From positions 5,504,001 through 5,568,000 of the forward strand of contig CBDCXR010000004.1 in assembly GCA_965223845.1 (NCBI GenBank): 64,000 bases of DNA. Reading direction: 5' to 3'. The stretch is from Planctomycetota bacterium (GTDB lineage: Bacteria > Planctomycetota > UBA8108 > SXIK01). Of this stretch, positions 38,476-50,491 are shown piece after piece (the stretch's first letter is position 1; each line of letters starts with the position of its first letter). The notes below the pieces were generated by a model. It was not told the DNA's origin. It did no database searches and worked only from the letters and a program-made list of their open reading frames with translations. The translations under genes and the position numbers were made by a program.

Positions 38476-39741
38476 TTGAACGCTTCGTTTTCTGTCTTCA
38501 CCCAAGGTCGACGACGCGCCGGATTCGCTGCGCTCGGCAGCGTCGGTCTCATCGTGCTCTTTCTCTCCGGGGAGATCGCCGCGAGAGGCGCTCCGCCGCC
38601 GCTCGCCGGGCCGGAAGAGACAACGGACGAAGTCCGGGTGATGTTCCGGGTCGCCGTTCCCGATGGGACGGACCCGCCGCTCTACCTCGCGGGCAATCTG
38701 CGGGCGCTGGGTCGGTGGCGGCCGAACGGAGTTGCGCTCGAGCGGACGAGCGACGACGGCATCTGGACGGCCACCGTGGCTCTCCCTCGCGGCGAGGCAC
38801 TCGAGTACAAGGTGACGCGCGGGAGCTGGGAATCGGTCGAAGTGAACGCTCACGGCGAGAACATCGCCAATCGCCGGCTCGAGCTCAGCGACGACACCGA
38901 GGTGACGATCGAGGTCGCCGATTGGGCTGAGCCGGAACCCCCGCCGCCGCCCGTCGAGCTTCGCGGCCGCATCGAGACGCACGCGAAAGTTGAAAGCCGT
39001 TTCGTCGAGACGGCTCGACCGATCCATGTGTATCTCCCGCCCAAGTACAACGAGAACTCGACGCGACGCTACCGCGTGCTCTATCTCCAGGACGGGCAGA
39101 ACGTGTTCGCCGCCCTCGGGCACCGGCGAGCGTCGTGGCGCGCCGATGTGATCGTCGAGTCACTGATCGCGAAGGGCCGGATCGATCCGATCATCATCGT
39201 GGCCGTCGGAAATACGAACCGGCGCATGGCCGAGTACACGCCGTCGCGTAGCGAGAAGCTGAACGCGGGCGGCGACGGCGAGCGTTACGCTCGCTTCCTC
39301 GCGGAGGAACTGAAGCCGTTCATCGATCGGACCTACCGCACTCGTCCGGAGAGCGAGTACAATGCGATTGCCGGGTCGTCGCTCGGCGGGTTGGTGTCGC
39401 TCTACACGGTGTGGAAACACCCGACCGCGTTCTCGCAGTGTGCTGCGCTCTCGCCGTCTCTTTGGTGGAACGACGCCCACCTTCTCGCCGCGTTCGAGAA
39501 CGACCACGCGTGGATGCGCCGCGTTCGCTTTTGGGTCGACATGGGCACCGCGGAGGGGCCGTCGACCGAGGCGGTCAATCCGAACGTGAAGCAACTTCGT
39601 CGCCTCGCCTCGATCTTCGACGCGGCGGCACTCGTCCCGGGACGAGACTACTACTACTTCGAAATCCAGGACGGGAAGCACCACGAGACCGCCTGGTCGC
39701 AGAGATTTGACAAAGTCGTCCTCTTTCTCTTCGGCAAGTGA
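38476..39741 (+). CDS. CBM20-like domain plus alpha/beta esterase (IroE/Fes superfamily)
   Basis: LYLAGNLRALGRW...LEYKVTRGSW (CBM20-like). VYLPPKY...VLYLQDGQN, AGSSLGG, and HHETAWSQRF. Confidence 0.88.
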   Translation: MNASFSVFTQGRRRAGFAALGSVGLIVLFLSGEIAARGAPPPLAGPEETTDEVRVMFRVAVPDGTDPPLYLAGNLRALGRWRPNGVALERTSDDGIWTATVALPRGEALEYKVTRGSWESVEVNAHGENIANRRLELSDDTEVTIEVADWAEPEPPPPPVELRGRIETHAKVESRFVETARPIHVYLPPKYNENSTRRYRVLYLQDGQNVFAALGHRRASWRADVIVESLIAKGRIDPIIIVAVGNTNRRMAEYTPSRSEKLNAGGDGERYARFLAEELKPFIDRTYRTRPESEYNAIAGSSLGGLVSLYTVWKHPTAFSQCAALSPSLWWNDAHLLAAFENDHAWMRRVRFWVDMGTAEGPSTEAVNPNVKQLRRLASIFDAAALVPGRDYYYFEIQDGKHHETAWSQRFDKVVLFLFGK

Positions 39742-41116
39742 CTCTTCGGCGCTCCGGCTCTCGTTCGAGGGGGGTACGCTGCTCCTTGCGGGGCGGGAAG
39801 AGTCCATCGCAGCGCTCGATCTGCCCGGCTGCATCTTCGACTCCCGCGTCGATACCTGGCGCGCGCCGGCGCGCTACTATCGCGAGATCGTTTCGGAGTT
39901 GACGACGGCCGGCGTCGACTACGAAGACGAAGCGCGCGCGTACGAGCAGCTCGAGTTCGAGCTTCAGATCGACCGCGAGCCGTTTCCCCACCAAAGCGAA
40001 TCCGTCGCCGAGTGGTGGAACGCCGGCGGCCGCGGCGTCGTCGTTCTCCCTACCGGGGCCGGAAAGACCTTCGTCGCGCAGCTCGCGATGCTCCAAGCGC
40101 GCCGGAGCACTCTCGTCGTCACGCCGACGATCGACCTCATGCAGCAATGGTACGGAGTCCTCGGGAGCGGCTTCGGGATGGACGTCGGTCTCGTCGGCGG
40201 CGGCTATTACGAGATCCTCCCCGTAACCGTGACTACGTACGACTCCGCGTACCTCCACATGGAGCGCTTCGGGAACCGGTTCGGATTCATCGTCTTCGAC
40301 GAATGCCACCACCTCCCGGGTCCGTCCTACCTCCTCGCCGCCGAATCGAGCGTCGCGCCGTTCCGACTCGGGCTTACGGCCACGCTCGAGCGGGAAGACG
40401 GCGAGGAGTGGCGGCTCCGGGATGCGATCGGCGAGACGGTGTACCGCCAGGAGATTCGCGAACTCGCCGGGGAGTATCTCTCCGAATACGAAACCGTGCA
40501 CGTCAACGTCCCGCTCTCGGGCGAAGAGCGCGAGCGCTACCAGCGGAGTCGCGAAATCTACCGCGGGTTCGTGCGCGCAAACGGGATCCGCATCGGCGGC
40601 CCCGGCGGCTGGGCGCAGTTCCTGATGCTGAGCTCGCAGAGCGAGCGCGGGCGAGAGGCGTTTCTCGCCTATCGCGAGCAAAAGACGATCGCCCAGGCGT
40701 CCGAGGCGAAGCTACGGGCGCTCGAGAAGCTACTCGCGCAGCACCGAACCGATCGCGTTCTGCTCTTTACGAACGACAACGAGACGGTGTACCGGATCTC
40801 ACGAAAGTTCCTGATTCCGGCGATCACTCACCAAACGAAAGTGAAGGAGCGCCACGAGATCCTGCAGAAGTTCAACCGCGGCGAGTACCCGTTCGTCGTG
40901 ACGTCGAAGGTGCTCAACGAAGGGGTCGATGTTCCCGCGGCGAACGTCGGCGTCGTTCTGTCGGGATCGGGGAGCGTCCGCGAGCACGTCCAGCGGCTCG
41001 GCCGCATTCTTCGACGGGCTGAAGGGAAGCGCGCAATTCTCTACGAGCTGGTCGCCGAGGACACCGCCGAAGAGTTCGTGAGCACGCGCCGGAGACAGCA
41101 CAGTGCTTACCGCTGA
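39707..41116 (+). CDS. XPB/Rad25(SSL2)-like SF2 DNA helicase
   Basis: WRAPARYY, LPTGAGKT, VTTYDS, DECHH, LGLTAT, VLNEGVDVP, QRLGRILR. Confidence 0.9.
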   Translation: MTKSSSFSSASDSSALRLSFEGGTLLLAGREESIAALDLPGCIFDSRVDTWRAPARYYREIVSELTTAGVDYEDEARAYEQLEFELQIDREPFPHQSESVAEWWNAGGRGVVVLPTGAGKTFVAQLAMLQARRSTLVVTPTIDLMQQWYGVLGSGFGMDVGLVGGGYYEILPVTVTTYDSAYLHMERFGNRFGFIVFDECHHLPGPSYLLAAESSVAPFRLGLTATLEREDGEEWRLRDAIGETVYRQEIRELAGEYLSEYETVHVNVPLSGEERERYQRSREIYRGFVRANGIRIGGPGGWAQFLMLSSQSERGREAFLAYREQKTIAQASEAKLRALEKLLAQHRTDRVLLFTNDNETVYRISRKFLIPAITHQTKVKERHEILQKFNRGEYPFVVTSKVLNEGVDVPAANVGVVLSGSGSVREHVQRLGRILRRAEGKRAILYELVAEDTAEEFVSTRRRQHSAYR

Positions 41117-42299
41117 TCTCGTCCGAACGCGCGTCCGTCGCGGCCAGCTTCAACCGCAGTGGATCGACGCGCGCGCTGAAGAAAATCTGTCGCTCGCGGC
41201 TACGATCATCGAAATCGTTGCCCGCCACCGCGGGCGACCCCGCCGCGAGCTCGAAGCGGAGCTGCGCGAGTTTCTGGGTACGGGGACGTCGTTTCTCTTT
41301 CATCGCGGCCTCGCGAAGCTCCTCCAGGATCGCTGTACCTTCGAGACGCACGCGCCGATCGATCCACCTCTCGTCCGAGAAGCGGTCTTTCGCCGCGCCG
41401 CCGAGGCGTATCAGGATCTCTCGACCCTTCAGCCGCGCACCGAGGACATCCTCGCGGCTGCCGCCGACGAGCTCGGGATCGAAGCGCCCGGCGACTCTCT
41501 CTACGCTGATCTGAAGACCGAGCAGATCCTCGAGGAGTTCAAGGACTGCACGCCGGAATGGCTGCTCGATCGCTACAACGTCGCGCTCGTCCAGGCGCTT
41601 CTCCTGCGTGCGTCCGGACTCGACATCGAGATCGAAGGCGAGACCCCCGCGCGCTACCGGGAGATCTTTCGACGGATCAAGTTTTTTCGCCTCCTCCACG
41701 AGATCGAGCCCGCCGCGGGAAACAAGTTTCGCATCCGACTCGACGGTCCCCTCTCTCTCTTCAAGTCTTCCCAGCGCTACGGACTTCAGATGGCACAGTT
41801 CTTTCCCGTTCTTCTCCACTGCGAGTCGTGGCGACTCACGGCGCGTCTCGTGTGGACGAAGGGACGCGGCGAGACGGAGTTCGCGCTCGACTCCTCGCGA
41901 AAACTCCATCCGATCTCGCCGATTCAGGGTCAGTGGCGACCGGAAGAGATCGATTGGTTCGAGACCCAGTTCGCCAAACTGAAAACCGAATGGCAGCTTT
42001 CGCTCGACACCGAACTCATCACTCTCGGCGGACGCGGCGTGCTCAGTCCGGATTTCGTGTTCACTCATCCGAGCGGAACTCGAATCGTCATGGAGGTAAT
42101 GGGATTCTGGCGGCGCGGCAGCCTCGAATCGCGACTGCGCCTCCTCCGCGACCACGGTCCGAAGAATTTCATCCTCGCCGTCTCCCGCGATCTCCACGTC
42201 GACGAGGAGGAAGCCGAGCTTCCCGGGGAACTCTACGTCTTTCGAACGACTCCGGTCGCCCGCGACGTCTTGAAGTTGCTCGAGCGCATGCGCGTGTGA
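41103..42299 (+). CDS. DUF790 family (Bax1-like) predicted endonuclease
   Basis: MLTADLVR, LYADL, RYNVALVQALL, LDGPLSLF...RYG, and PD-(D/E)xK-like PDFVF...EVMGFW. Overlaps the end of the helicase gene. Confidence 0.88.
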   Translation: MLTADLVRTRVRRGQLQPQWIDARAEENLSLAATIIEIVARHRGRPRRELEAELREFLGTGTSFLFHRGLAKLLQDRCTFETHAPIDPPLVREAVFRRAAEAYQDLSTLQPRTEDILAAAADELGIEAPGDSLYADLKTEQILEEFKDCTPEWLLDRYNVALVQALLLRASGLDIEIEGETPARYREIFRRIKFFRLLHEIEPAAGNKFRIRLDGPLSLFKSSQRYGLQMAQFFPVLLHCESWRLTARLVWTKGRGETEFALDSSRKLHPISPIQGQWRPEEIDWFETQFAKLKTEWQLSLDTELITLGGRGVLSPDFVFTHPSGTRIVMEVMGFWRRGSLESRLRLLRDHGPKNFILAVSRDLHVDEEEAELPGELYVFRTTPVARDVLKLLERMRV

Positions 42300-42582
42300 C
42301 CGGCAACACCGCGCCTGATTCGCCTGGACCGTCGAAGTCCACGACTCACGATGTCGACCGACACGTCTCGAGCCCCGAGAGGGCCGGGAACGATCACGCC
42401 GAACGGCTCTTCACCGCGCTTTAACTCTCATAGAGGATAGCGGATCAGCTCGGCGCGCTTCGCGGAGACCGATAAGCGCGCGGCTCTGGTTGCCCCTAGA
42501 CCGATGTCGTAGGCTTTGCGTGGGGTAGACCCATCGTGGGGCTCACTCACTCGGGCAAGGCCGTAGGGACACCCGCCATCAA

Positions 42583-44493
<1,911 letters not shown>

Positions 44494-44685
44494 GGCCCTG
44501 CGCAGAAACCCGCTCGAGGTCGGACACCGAAGCATCTCGGTCGGCGTCGCGAACTCGTTGCCGGAGCGGGAACACCGCTCGCGACTCGTTCTCCACTGGA
44601 ACACAAAGACCGAAAAAGCTTTCAGTCCCCCGGCGCTTCGAGTCGATGCATCCACGTTGCAGCTTCACCGGAGTGGTCAACCACG

Positions 44686-45720
44686 ATGCGTGTTACCGGG
44701 CCTTCCATCATCGTCTCCGTCGCCGCATTCGCGGCTGCGGTCGGAGCACGCGATTCGGACGCGGACCCTAGACCTAACGGGGGGCTCGGATCCGCCCAGC
44801 GCACCGACCCTCGTTCGGGACGAGAGAGGGGTCGGGCGGAGTCGCCGCACGCGCCTACGGGAGGTCTTCTTCGCAAGGGAGAGCCACCGATCGAGCTGGC
44901 TCCGGACCCGGGCGATGCTCCCGATTGGGTGTTCGACGATCTCGACGACGCCCCCGATCGTCCGTACGGGCGCGACGCGGACGCCGAGCTCGGGCCGATC
45001 CAGTGGAGTGGCGAGGCGATCGCAGGCGGATTTCGCACCATCGTCTCCGACTACCGCGAGTTCTACGGCGGCGAAAACCTCTTCACGCTCGCCGTCGCTC
45101 TCGGCGGCGCGGCCGCTCTCGCCAACACCGACGCGGACGCCGAGATCCAGCGCTGGTACCACCGCGAGCTGTGGTCCGAAGACTCCGTTCGCGTCGCCGA
45201 AGACATCGAGATCGTGGGCGACTACACACTGACGCTCCCGGCCGTCGCCGCAGCGGCCGTCCTCGGGTCGTTCTTTCCCGAGGATTCGAGCGGATCCGTC
45301 GTCGGCGATTGGGGAAAGCGCTCGCTCAGGGCCGCCGCGGTGGGAGTCCCCCCGCTCCTTCTCCTCCAGGCCGGCCTCGGCGCCTCACGCCCCAACGAAC
45401 ATCGCGGCTCACGCTGGCGGCCGTTTGACGACAACAACGCGGCGAGCGGTCACGCGTTCATCGGCGCGCTGCCGTTTCTCTCCGCCGCCAGCCTCACTGA
45501 GCGCTGGTACGTCCGCTATCCGCTCATCGCGCTCTCGTTCGCACCCGCGTGGGCGCGCTTCAACAACGACGATCACTACTTCTCGCAGGTCGCGCTCGGC
45601 TGGTGGCTCGCCTATCGATCGGTCGCGAGCGTCGCTCGAAGCGACGCGCGCCGCGCCTTCGGCGTCGCGCCGGTCGTCACGCCGAACGTTTGGGGACTGA
45701 CGGTGTCGCTCGAGTTCTAG
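44686..45720 (+). CDS. PAP2 family phosphatase-like membrane protein
   Basis: GASRP, ASGHAF and ARFNNDDHYFSQV correspond to the three PAP2 motifs. Signal peptide present. Confidence 0.8.
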   Translation: MRVTGPSIIVSVAAFAAAVGARDSDADPRPNGGLGSAQRTDPRSGRERGRAESPHAPTGGLLRKGEPPIELAPDPGDAPDWVFDDLDDAPDRPYGRDADAELGPIQWSGEAIAGGFRTIVSDYREFYGGENLFTLAVALGGAAALANTDADAEIQRWYHRELWSEDSVRVAEDIEIVGDYTLTLPAVAAAAVLGSFFPEDSSGSVVGDWGKRSLRAAAVGVPPLLLLQAGLGASRPNEHRGSRWRPFDDNNAASGHAFIGALPFLSAASLTERWYVRYPLIALSFAPAWARFNNDDHYFSQVALGWWLAYRSVASVARSDARRAFGVAPVVTPNVWGLTVSLEF

Positions 45721-45751
45721 ACTCGACGCCCCCACTCGGACGCGACCGGGA

Positions 45752-46303
45752 TCAAGTCTCGGCGAGGAGACGCAAGAACTCGCGCATGAACGGTGCGTTG
45801 TCGTGCCAAGTGCGAGCGGTCACGAGATTCCCCGCGATCACAACGGGCTCATCGACGTATTCCGCACCGCCCTGCGCCGCGTCGAGGCGGCACTTCGCGA
45901 CCGTCGTGACCGTCCGGCCTTCGATGCAGCCCGCCGCCGTCAAGATTTCGATCCCGTGACACACGGCGGCAACGGGTTTCTCCGCCGCGAAGAAATGGCG
46001 CGTGATGCGGAGAAGATCTTCGTCGTAGCGGAGGTACTCGGGAGCGCGACCGCCGGAGATGAAGAGCCCCGCGCACTCCGCCGGATCGACGTCACGGAAC
46101 GCTACGTCCGCCTTCAGGTGATATCCCGGCGACTCGCGGGTGATGTCCCAGCCGGGCGGAACTTCGTGAAGAACGAGCGGGTAGACGCGCGCTTCGGGTC
46201 CGCAGACGACGACCTCGTAGCCCTCTTCCGCGAGACGGAAATAAGGGTAGAACGTGTCGAGAACCTCGGAGGCGTCGCCGATCGGAATCAGGATCTTCGG
46301 CAT
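45752..46303 (-). CDS. DJ-1/PfpI family protein
   Basis: GGRAPEYLR, AVCHG, GNLVTARTWHD. Start set at MPKILIPIGD. Confidence 0.9.
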   Translation of the reverse strand: MPKILIPIGDASEVLDTFYPYFRLAEEGYEVVVCGPEARVYPLVLHEVPPGWDITRESPGYHLKADVAFRDVDPAECAGLFISGGRAPEYLRYDEDLLRITRHFFAAEKPVAAVCHGIEILTAAGCIEGRTVTTVAKCRLDAAQGGAEYVDEPVVIAGNLVTARTWHDNAPFMREFLRLLAET

Positions 46304-46494
46304 CGGACGAGAAGCGCTAGAATCGGTGGAGAGCAACAAATTCGTGTCGTGCGGGACATGTTACCCCACCGGCCGGCCGAGATACGGAGCGAAAACCGCG
46401 AAGCTCAGGCGGCGACGGATCTCTCGGTCAAGAACCGCCACGAGTACAATGCGGCACTGAGCATTCTTGGCCGAATCCGCCTCCCGCGACAAGC

Positions 46495-49137
46495 ATGAGA
46501 TCTCAAGTGCCCCGTTCGACGCCGAACTACTGGATGTCCGCGCTCTCACTCGTCCTCGCCGCGCTCTCGTCCCTCGGAGCCGAGACCCGACCCAATCTGA
46601 TCTTCTTTCTCTCCGACGATCAGCGCGCCGATTTCATGGGTTGCGCGGGCCACCCGATCCTCAAGACACCGACGATGGATCGACTCGCCGCGTCCGGGGT
46701 TCGCTTCGAGAACATGTTCGTGACCACGTCGATTTGCGCTGCGAGCCGCGCGTCGATCTTTACTGGTCTCCACGAGCGCACGCACGGTTACACGTTTCGC
46801 ACGCCGCCGATCGGCGCGGCGCACACGCGCCTCAGCTATCCGGCGCTTCTCCGGGCCGCCGGATACCGAACGGGCTTCGTCGGCAAGTTCGGCGTCGCCG
46901 TCGAAGCCGGAGAACGCGAGTCGATGTTCGATGTGTTCGTCCCGCTCGGCCGAAGCCCGTATCTGAAACCCCAGCCGGACGGCTCGCGCCGTCACGTGAG
47001 CGAGATCGCCGGCGACCGCGCGATCGAATTCCTGCGGTCGACTCCGGACGATCGTCCGTTCTGTCTCTCGGTGAGTTTCAACGCTCCGCACGCCGAGGAC
47101 GGCGACAAGAAGAACCATTATCCCTGGCCGAAGGCCGTCGACGGTTGGTACGACGACGTGCCGATTCCGAGACCACGCCTGGAGGACACCTACCCGGCGC
47201 ATCCCGAGTTCCTCAAGAAATCGCTCAATCGCGTCCGGTGGTTCTGGCGCTGGGACACGCCGGAGAAGTACGAACGAAACGTTCGGTCCTACTACCGGAT
47301 GATCAGCGGAATCGACCACGTCATGGGGCGTGTCCTCGCCGAGGTCGAAGCGAGCGGGCGCGCGGAGGACACCGTCGTCGTCTTCTCGGGCGACAACGGC
47401 TACTACCGGGGCGATCGCGGCTTCGCCGGCAAGTGGTCTCACTACGAAGAATCCCTCCGCGTTCCCCTCATTGTCTTCGACCCTCGGCTCCCGCCCGCGC
47501 AGCGAGGGCGCGTCGTCTCTGCCACGACGCTCAATCTCGACATCCCGGCGACTCTTCTCGCCTACGCCGGTATCGAGGTCCCCACCTCATATCGCGGTGC
47601 GAGTCTCCGCCCCTGGATCGATGGCGAGCGGCCGCCACAGTGGCGCCGAGACTTCTTCTGTGAGCATCTCATGGAGCACGCGCAGATCCCGAAGTACGAG
47701 GGCGTGCGCGGTGAACGCTACGTCTACGCGCGATATTTCGAACAACAACCAACCTACGAGTACCTCCACGACCTCAGGATCGATCCCGATCAGCGGAGAA
47801 ACTTCGCTGGCGACCCCGAGTATTCCTCGATCCTCGCCCGCTTCCGCGCGCGCTGCGACGAGCTCCGCGATGAGTACGGCGGCGTCTACGATCCGAATCG
47901 AGTGCGCGAGTTCATCGAACGGAGGGAAGCCCAGAGGAAACGCGCGGCGGAGGAAGCGACGAAGAAGAAGCGAGACGCAGCGAAGAAGGGGCAAGCGAAG
48001 GTGGAGAACGCTCCGCGAAGCGCAGTCCTCGAATCGAGCGTCCGACTCCGAGGAAACTTCGCTCGCTCCGCGCGGCGATTTCGGGCAACGAATCGGGGCC
48101 ACGTAGCGTTCATGGGCGGATCGATCACCGAGATGAACGGGTACCGTCCGCTCGTGGCGGCCCTCATCGAGGAGCGTTTTCCGGAGACGACGTTTACGTT
48201 TACGAACGCAGGCATCGCGTCGACGTGCTCGACGACGGGTGCGTTTCGTCTCGGTGAGGACGTTCTCGCGAAGGGACCCGTCGATCTCTTTCTCGTCGAG
48301 TTCGCCGTCAACGACGATCAAGACGCCGAGCACGCGGCACGCGCGTGCCTTCGCGGCATGGAAGGCATTGTGCGTCAGGTGCGGCGACACAATCCCGAGA
48401 GCGACATCGCGATCGTCCACTTCGTCAATCCCGAGATGCTCGCGGCGATCGCCCGCGGCGAGGTTCCGGTTTCGAGTCGCAGCCACGAACGGGTCGCAGC
48501 ACACTACGGCCTTGCGAGCATCGACGTCGGAAGGGAGCTCGCGCAGCGGATCGAAGCAGGCTCATTCACCTGGAAGGACTACGGCGGAACGCACCCCGGT
48601 CGAAAGGGAAACGAGTTCGCCGCGTCGCTCGTCCGCGGCCTCCTCGACGAAGCGTGGGGCACGGACGACGTCCCGGCGACTCGCGCACCGCGCCTCGATC
48701 CCCTCGATCGCGGGAGCTACGATCGGGGTCGGTTCATCTCGCTCGAATCCGCGCGCCCGTCGTCCGGCTGGTCGATCCTCCAACCGCGCTGGGAGGAGAT
48801 CCCCGGACGGTGTCGCGAGCGCTTCCGCGATCAAAACCTCCTCGTCGCGACCGATCCCGGCTCCGAGCTCGAACTCGAGTTCGAAGGTCGAGCGGTCGGC
48901 GCTTACGTTCTCGCGGGTCCCGACGCCGGCACCGTTGCGGCGACGGTCGACGGACGAGACACTCGCATCGTCGACCTCTACCACCGATTCAGTCGCGGCC
49001 TTCACTACCCGCGGACCGTGCTCTTCGCCGACGATCTGACACCGGGAAAGCACGTGCTCGGGCTGCGGGTCACGCCGACGAAGAACGCAAAGAGCTCCGG
49101 ACACGCGATCCGCATCCTGCGGTTCACCGCCAACTGA
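46495..49137 (+). CDS. sulfatase fused to an SGNH/GDSL hydrolase
   Basis: [37 protein letters not shown] and [10 protein letters not shown]; a K-rich linker; then [19 protein letters not shown] and GTHP. Confidence 0.9.
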   Translation: MRSQVPRSTPNYWMSALSLVLAALSSLGAETRPNLIFFLSDDQRADFMGCAGHPILKTPTMDRLAASGVRFENMFVTTSICAASRASIFTGLHERTHGYTFRTPPIGAAHTRLSYPALLRAAGYRTGFVGKFGVAVEAGERESMFDVFVPLGRSPYLKPQPDGSRRHVSEIAGDRAIEFLRSTPDDRPFCLSVSFNAPHAEDGDKKNHYPWPKAVDGWYDDVPIPRPRLEDTYPAHPEFLKKSLNRVRWFWRWDTPEKYERNVRSYYRMISGIDHVMGRVLAEVEASGRAEDTVVVFSGDNGYYRGDRGFAGKWSHYEESLRVPLIVFDPRLPPAQRGRVVSATTLNLDIPATLLAYAGIEVPTSYRGASLRPWIDGERPPQWRRDFFCEHLMEHAQIPKYEGVRGERYVYARYFEQQPTYEYLHDLRIDPDQRRNFAGDPEYSSILARFRARCDELRDEYGGVYDPNRVREFIERREAQRKRAAEEATKKKRDAAKKGQAKVENAPRSAVLESSVRLRGNFARSARRFRATNRGHVAFMGGSITEMNGYRPLVAALIEERFPETTFTFTNAGIASTCSTTGAFRLGEDVLAKGPVDLFLVEFAVNDDQDAEHAARACLRGMEGIVRQVRRHNPESDIAIVHFVNPEMLAAIARGEVPVSSRSHERVAAHYGLASIDVGRELAQRIEAGSFTWKDYGGTHPGRKGNEFAASLVRGLLDEAWGTDDVPATRAPRLDPLDRGSYDRGRFISLESARPSSGWSILQPRWEEIPGRCRERFRDQNLLVATDPGSELELEFEGRAVGAYVLAGPDAGTVAATVDGRDTRIVDLYHRFSRGLHYPRTVLFADDLTPGKHVLGLRVTPTKNAKSSGHAIRILRFTAN

Positions 49138-49165
49138 ATAGGCTTGCTGCCGCAATCACTTTCTT

Positions 49166-50491
49166 ATGACATTCCCGCGTCGCAAGGTTTCCTTTTCGAC
49201 TCTCGGCCGAATCGCCGTCCTCTTGTCGGCTGGACTCGCCGTTCTGCCCGCCGCGGCGCAGAACCGGCGAAACGAGAAAGAGGAGAAGCCCGAGGACGAA
49301 CAACTCGGGGACGAGTGGACGGAGAAGATCGCGGCCGACCCGCGGGAGATCCCGGGCGTTCTCCTCGAGTACACCGCGGTCGAGCTCCGGCGCCGGTTCG
49401 ACCGGGCGAAGCGCTACCGTCTCCACGAACGACTGCGCGGAGCGCTCAAGAAGGTCGATCATCCGATCATGCGCCATCACGCCGCCGGTGTCTTCAAGCT
49501 CGCGCCGTCGTCGACGCTTCCGGCGCAAGTGCTCATGATGAAGACGATCATCCGTTCGGGGTTTCCGGCACCGCGAAAGGATCGAGTCGCGTGGCTCGTT
49601 CGAAAGCTCAAGGGAAGCCACCGCCGCCTCTCGATCTGGGCCCTCCGCTTGCTCGGTCAATCGCGCTGGCCGCAGAGCATCGACGCTCTCATCGACACGC
49701 TCGAAGACGAAGAGAAGAGAAAGCGGCGGGATGGACTGCTCTGGCACCTCATCAGCGCAGAGCTCTACCAACTACTCGGCTCCGAAGCCGCTGACGCACC
49801 GGCCGAGAGCGTTCGCAAGCTGTGGAAGAAATTGGGGCGGAAACTGCCGAAGACGCCGTCGTATTCGCCGTCCGGAGCGAAGCGCGGATCGACGATTCTT
49901 TTTTTCGGCGACAAGATCTCGCCGCTTTCCGTCTTCGGCATCGACACGTCGTCGAGCATGGAGCGGGCGACTCGGCTGAGAGGAGCGCGCACCTCCGGCG
50001 AAAGCGGAAGTCCAGATCTGCCAAAGGTCGACATCGTGAAGACCGAGCTCGACCGCGCCCTCGCTTCTCTCAAGCCCGTCTATCGCTTCAATATCGTGAG
50101 CTACAACGCGGAGCCGAAGCCTTGGAAAGGTCGACGCAAGCCGACGCTCCAGCGAGCGAACGCCAAGAACATCGAAAATGCGCGCAGCTTCGCTCGCGAG
50201 CTCGCGACGCTCGGCGGAACGAACATCTTCGGCGCCCTCGACGTCGCGCTCCGAGCTCCCGATCTCGATACGATTTACCTCCTCTCCGACGGCAGTCCGT
50301 CGCGCGGAGGTGGAGTGCCTCAGATCGAGGAGCTCATCCGGACGACGAATTATCTCCTCGGGGTCCGGATCGTGACCTTCGGTTTCGCGGCAGAAAACCC
50401 GGAAGCCTTCGACGAGAATTTCATGAAGAAGCTCGCGAAGCAAAACTGGGGACGCTACCGCCGACTCAACGAGCCGTCACCGAAAACCTAA
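49166..50491 (+). CDS. exported HEAT-repeat plus vWA domain protein
   Basis: Signal peptide, ALRLLG...SIDALIDTLE, MIDAS DTSSSM, GGTNIFGAL, IYLLSDGSP, MKKLAKQNWG. Confidence 0.85.
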   Translation: MTFPRRKVSFSTLGRIAVLLSAGLAVLPAAAQNRRNEKEEKPEDEQLGDEWTEKIAADPREIPGVLLEYTAVELRRRFDRAKRYRLHERLRGALKKVDHPIMRHHAAGVFKLAPSSTLPAQVLMMKTIIRSGFPAPRKDRVAWLVRKLKGSHRRLSIWALRLLGQSRWPQSIDALIDTLEDEEKRKRRDGLLWHLISAELYQLLGSEAADAPAESVRKLWKKLGRKLPKTPSYSPSGAKRGSTILFFGDKISPLSVFGIDTSSSMERATRLRGARTSGESGSPDLPKVDIVKTELDRALASLKPVYRFNIVSYNAEPKPWKGRRKPTLQRANAKNIENARSFARELATLGGTNIFGALDVALRAPDLDTIYLLSDGSPSRGGGVPQIEELIRTTNYLLGVRIVTFGFAAENPEAFDENFMKKLAKQNWGRYRRLNEPSPKT

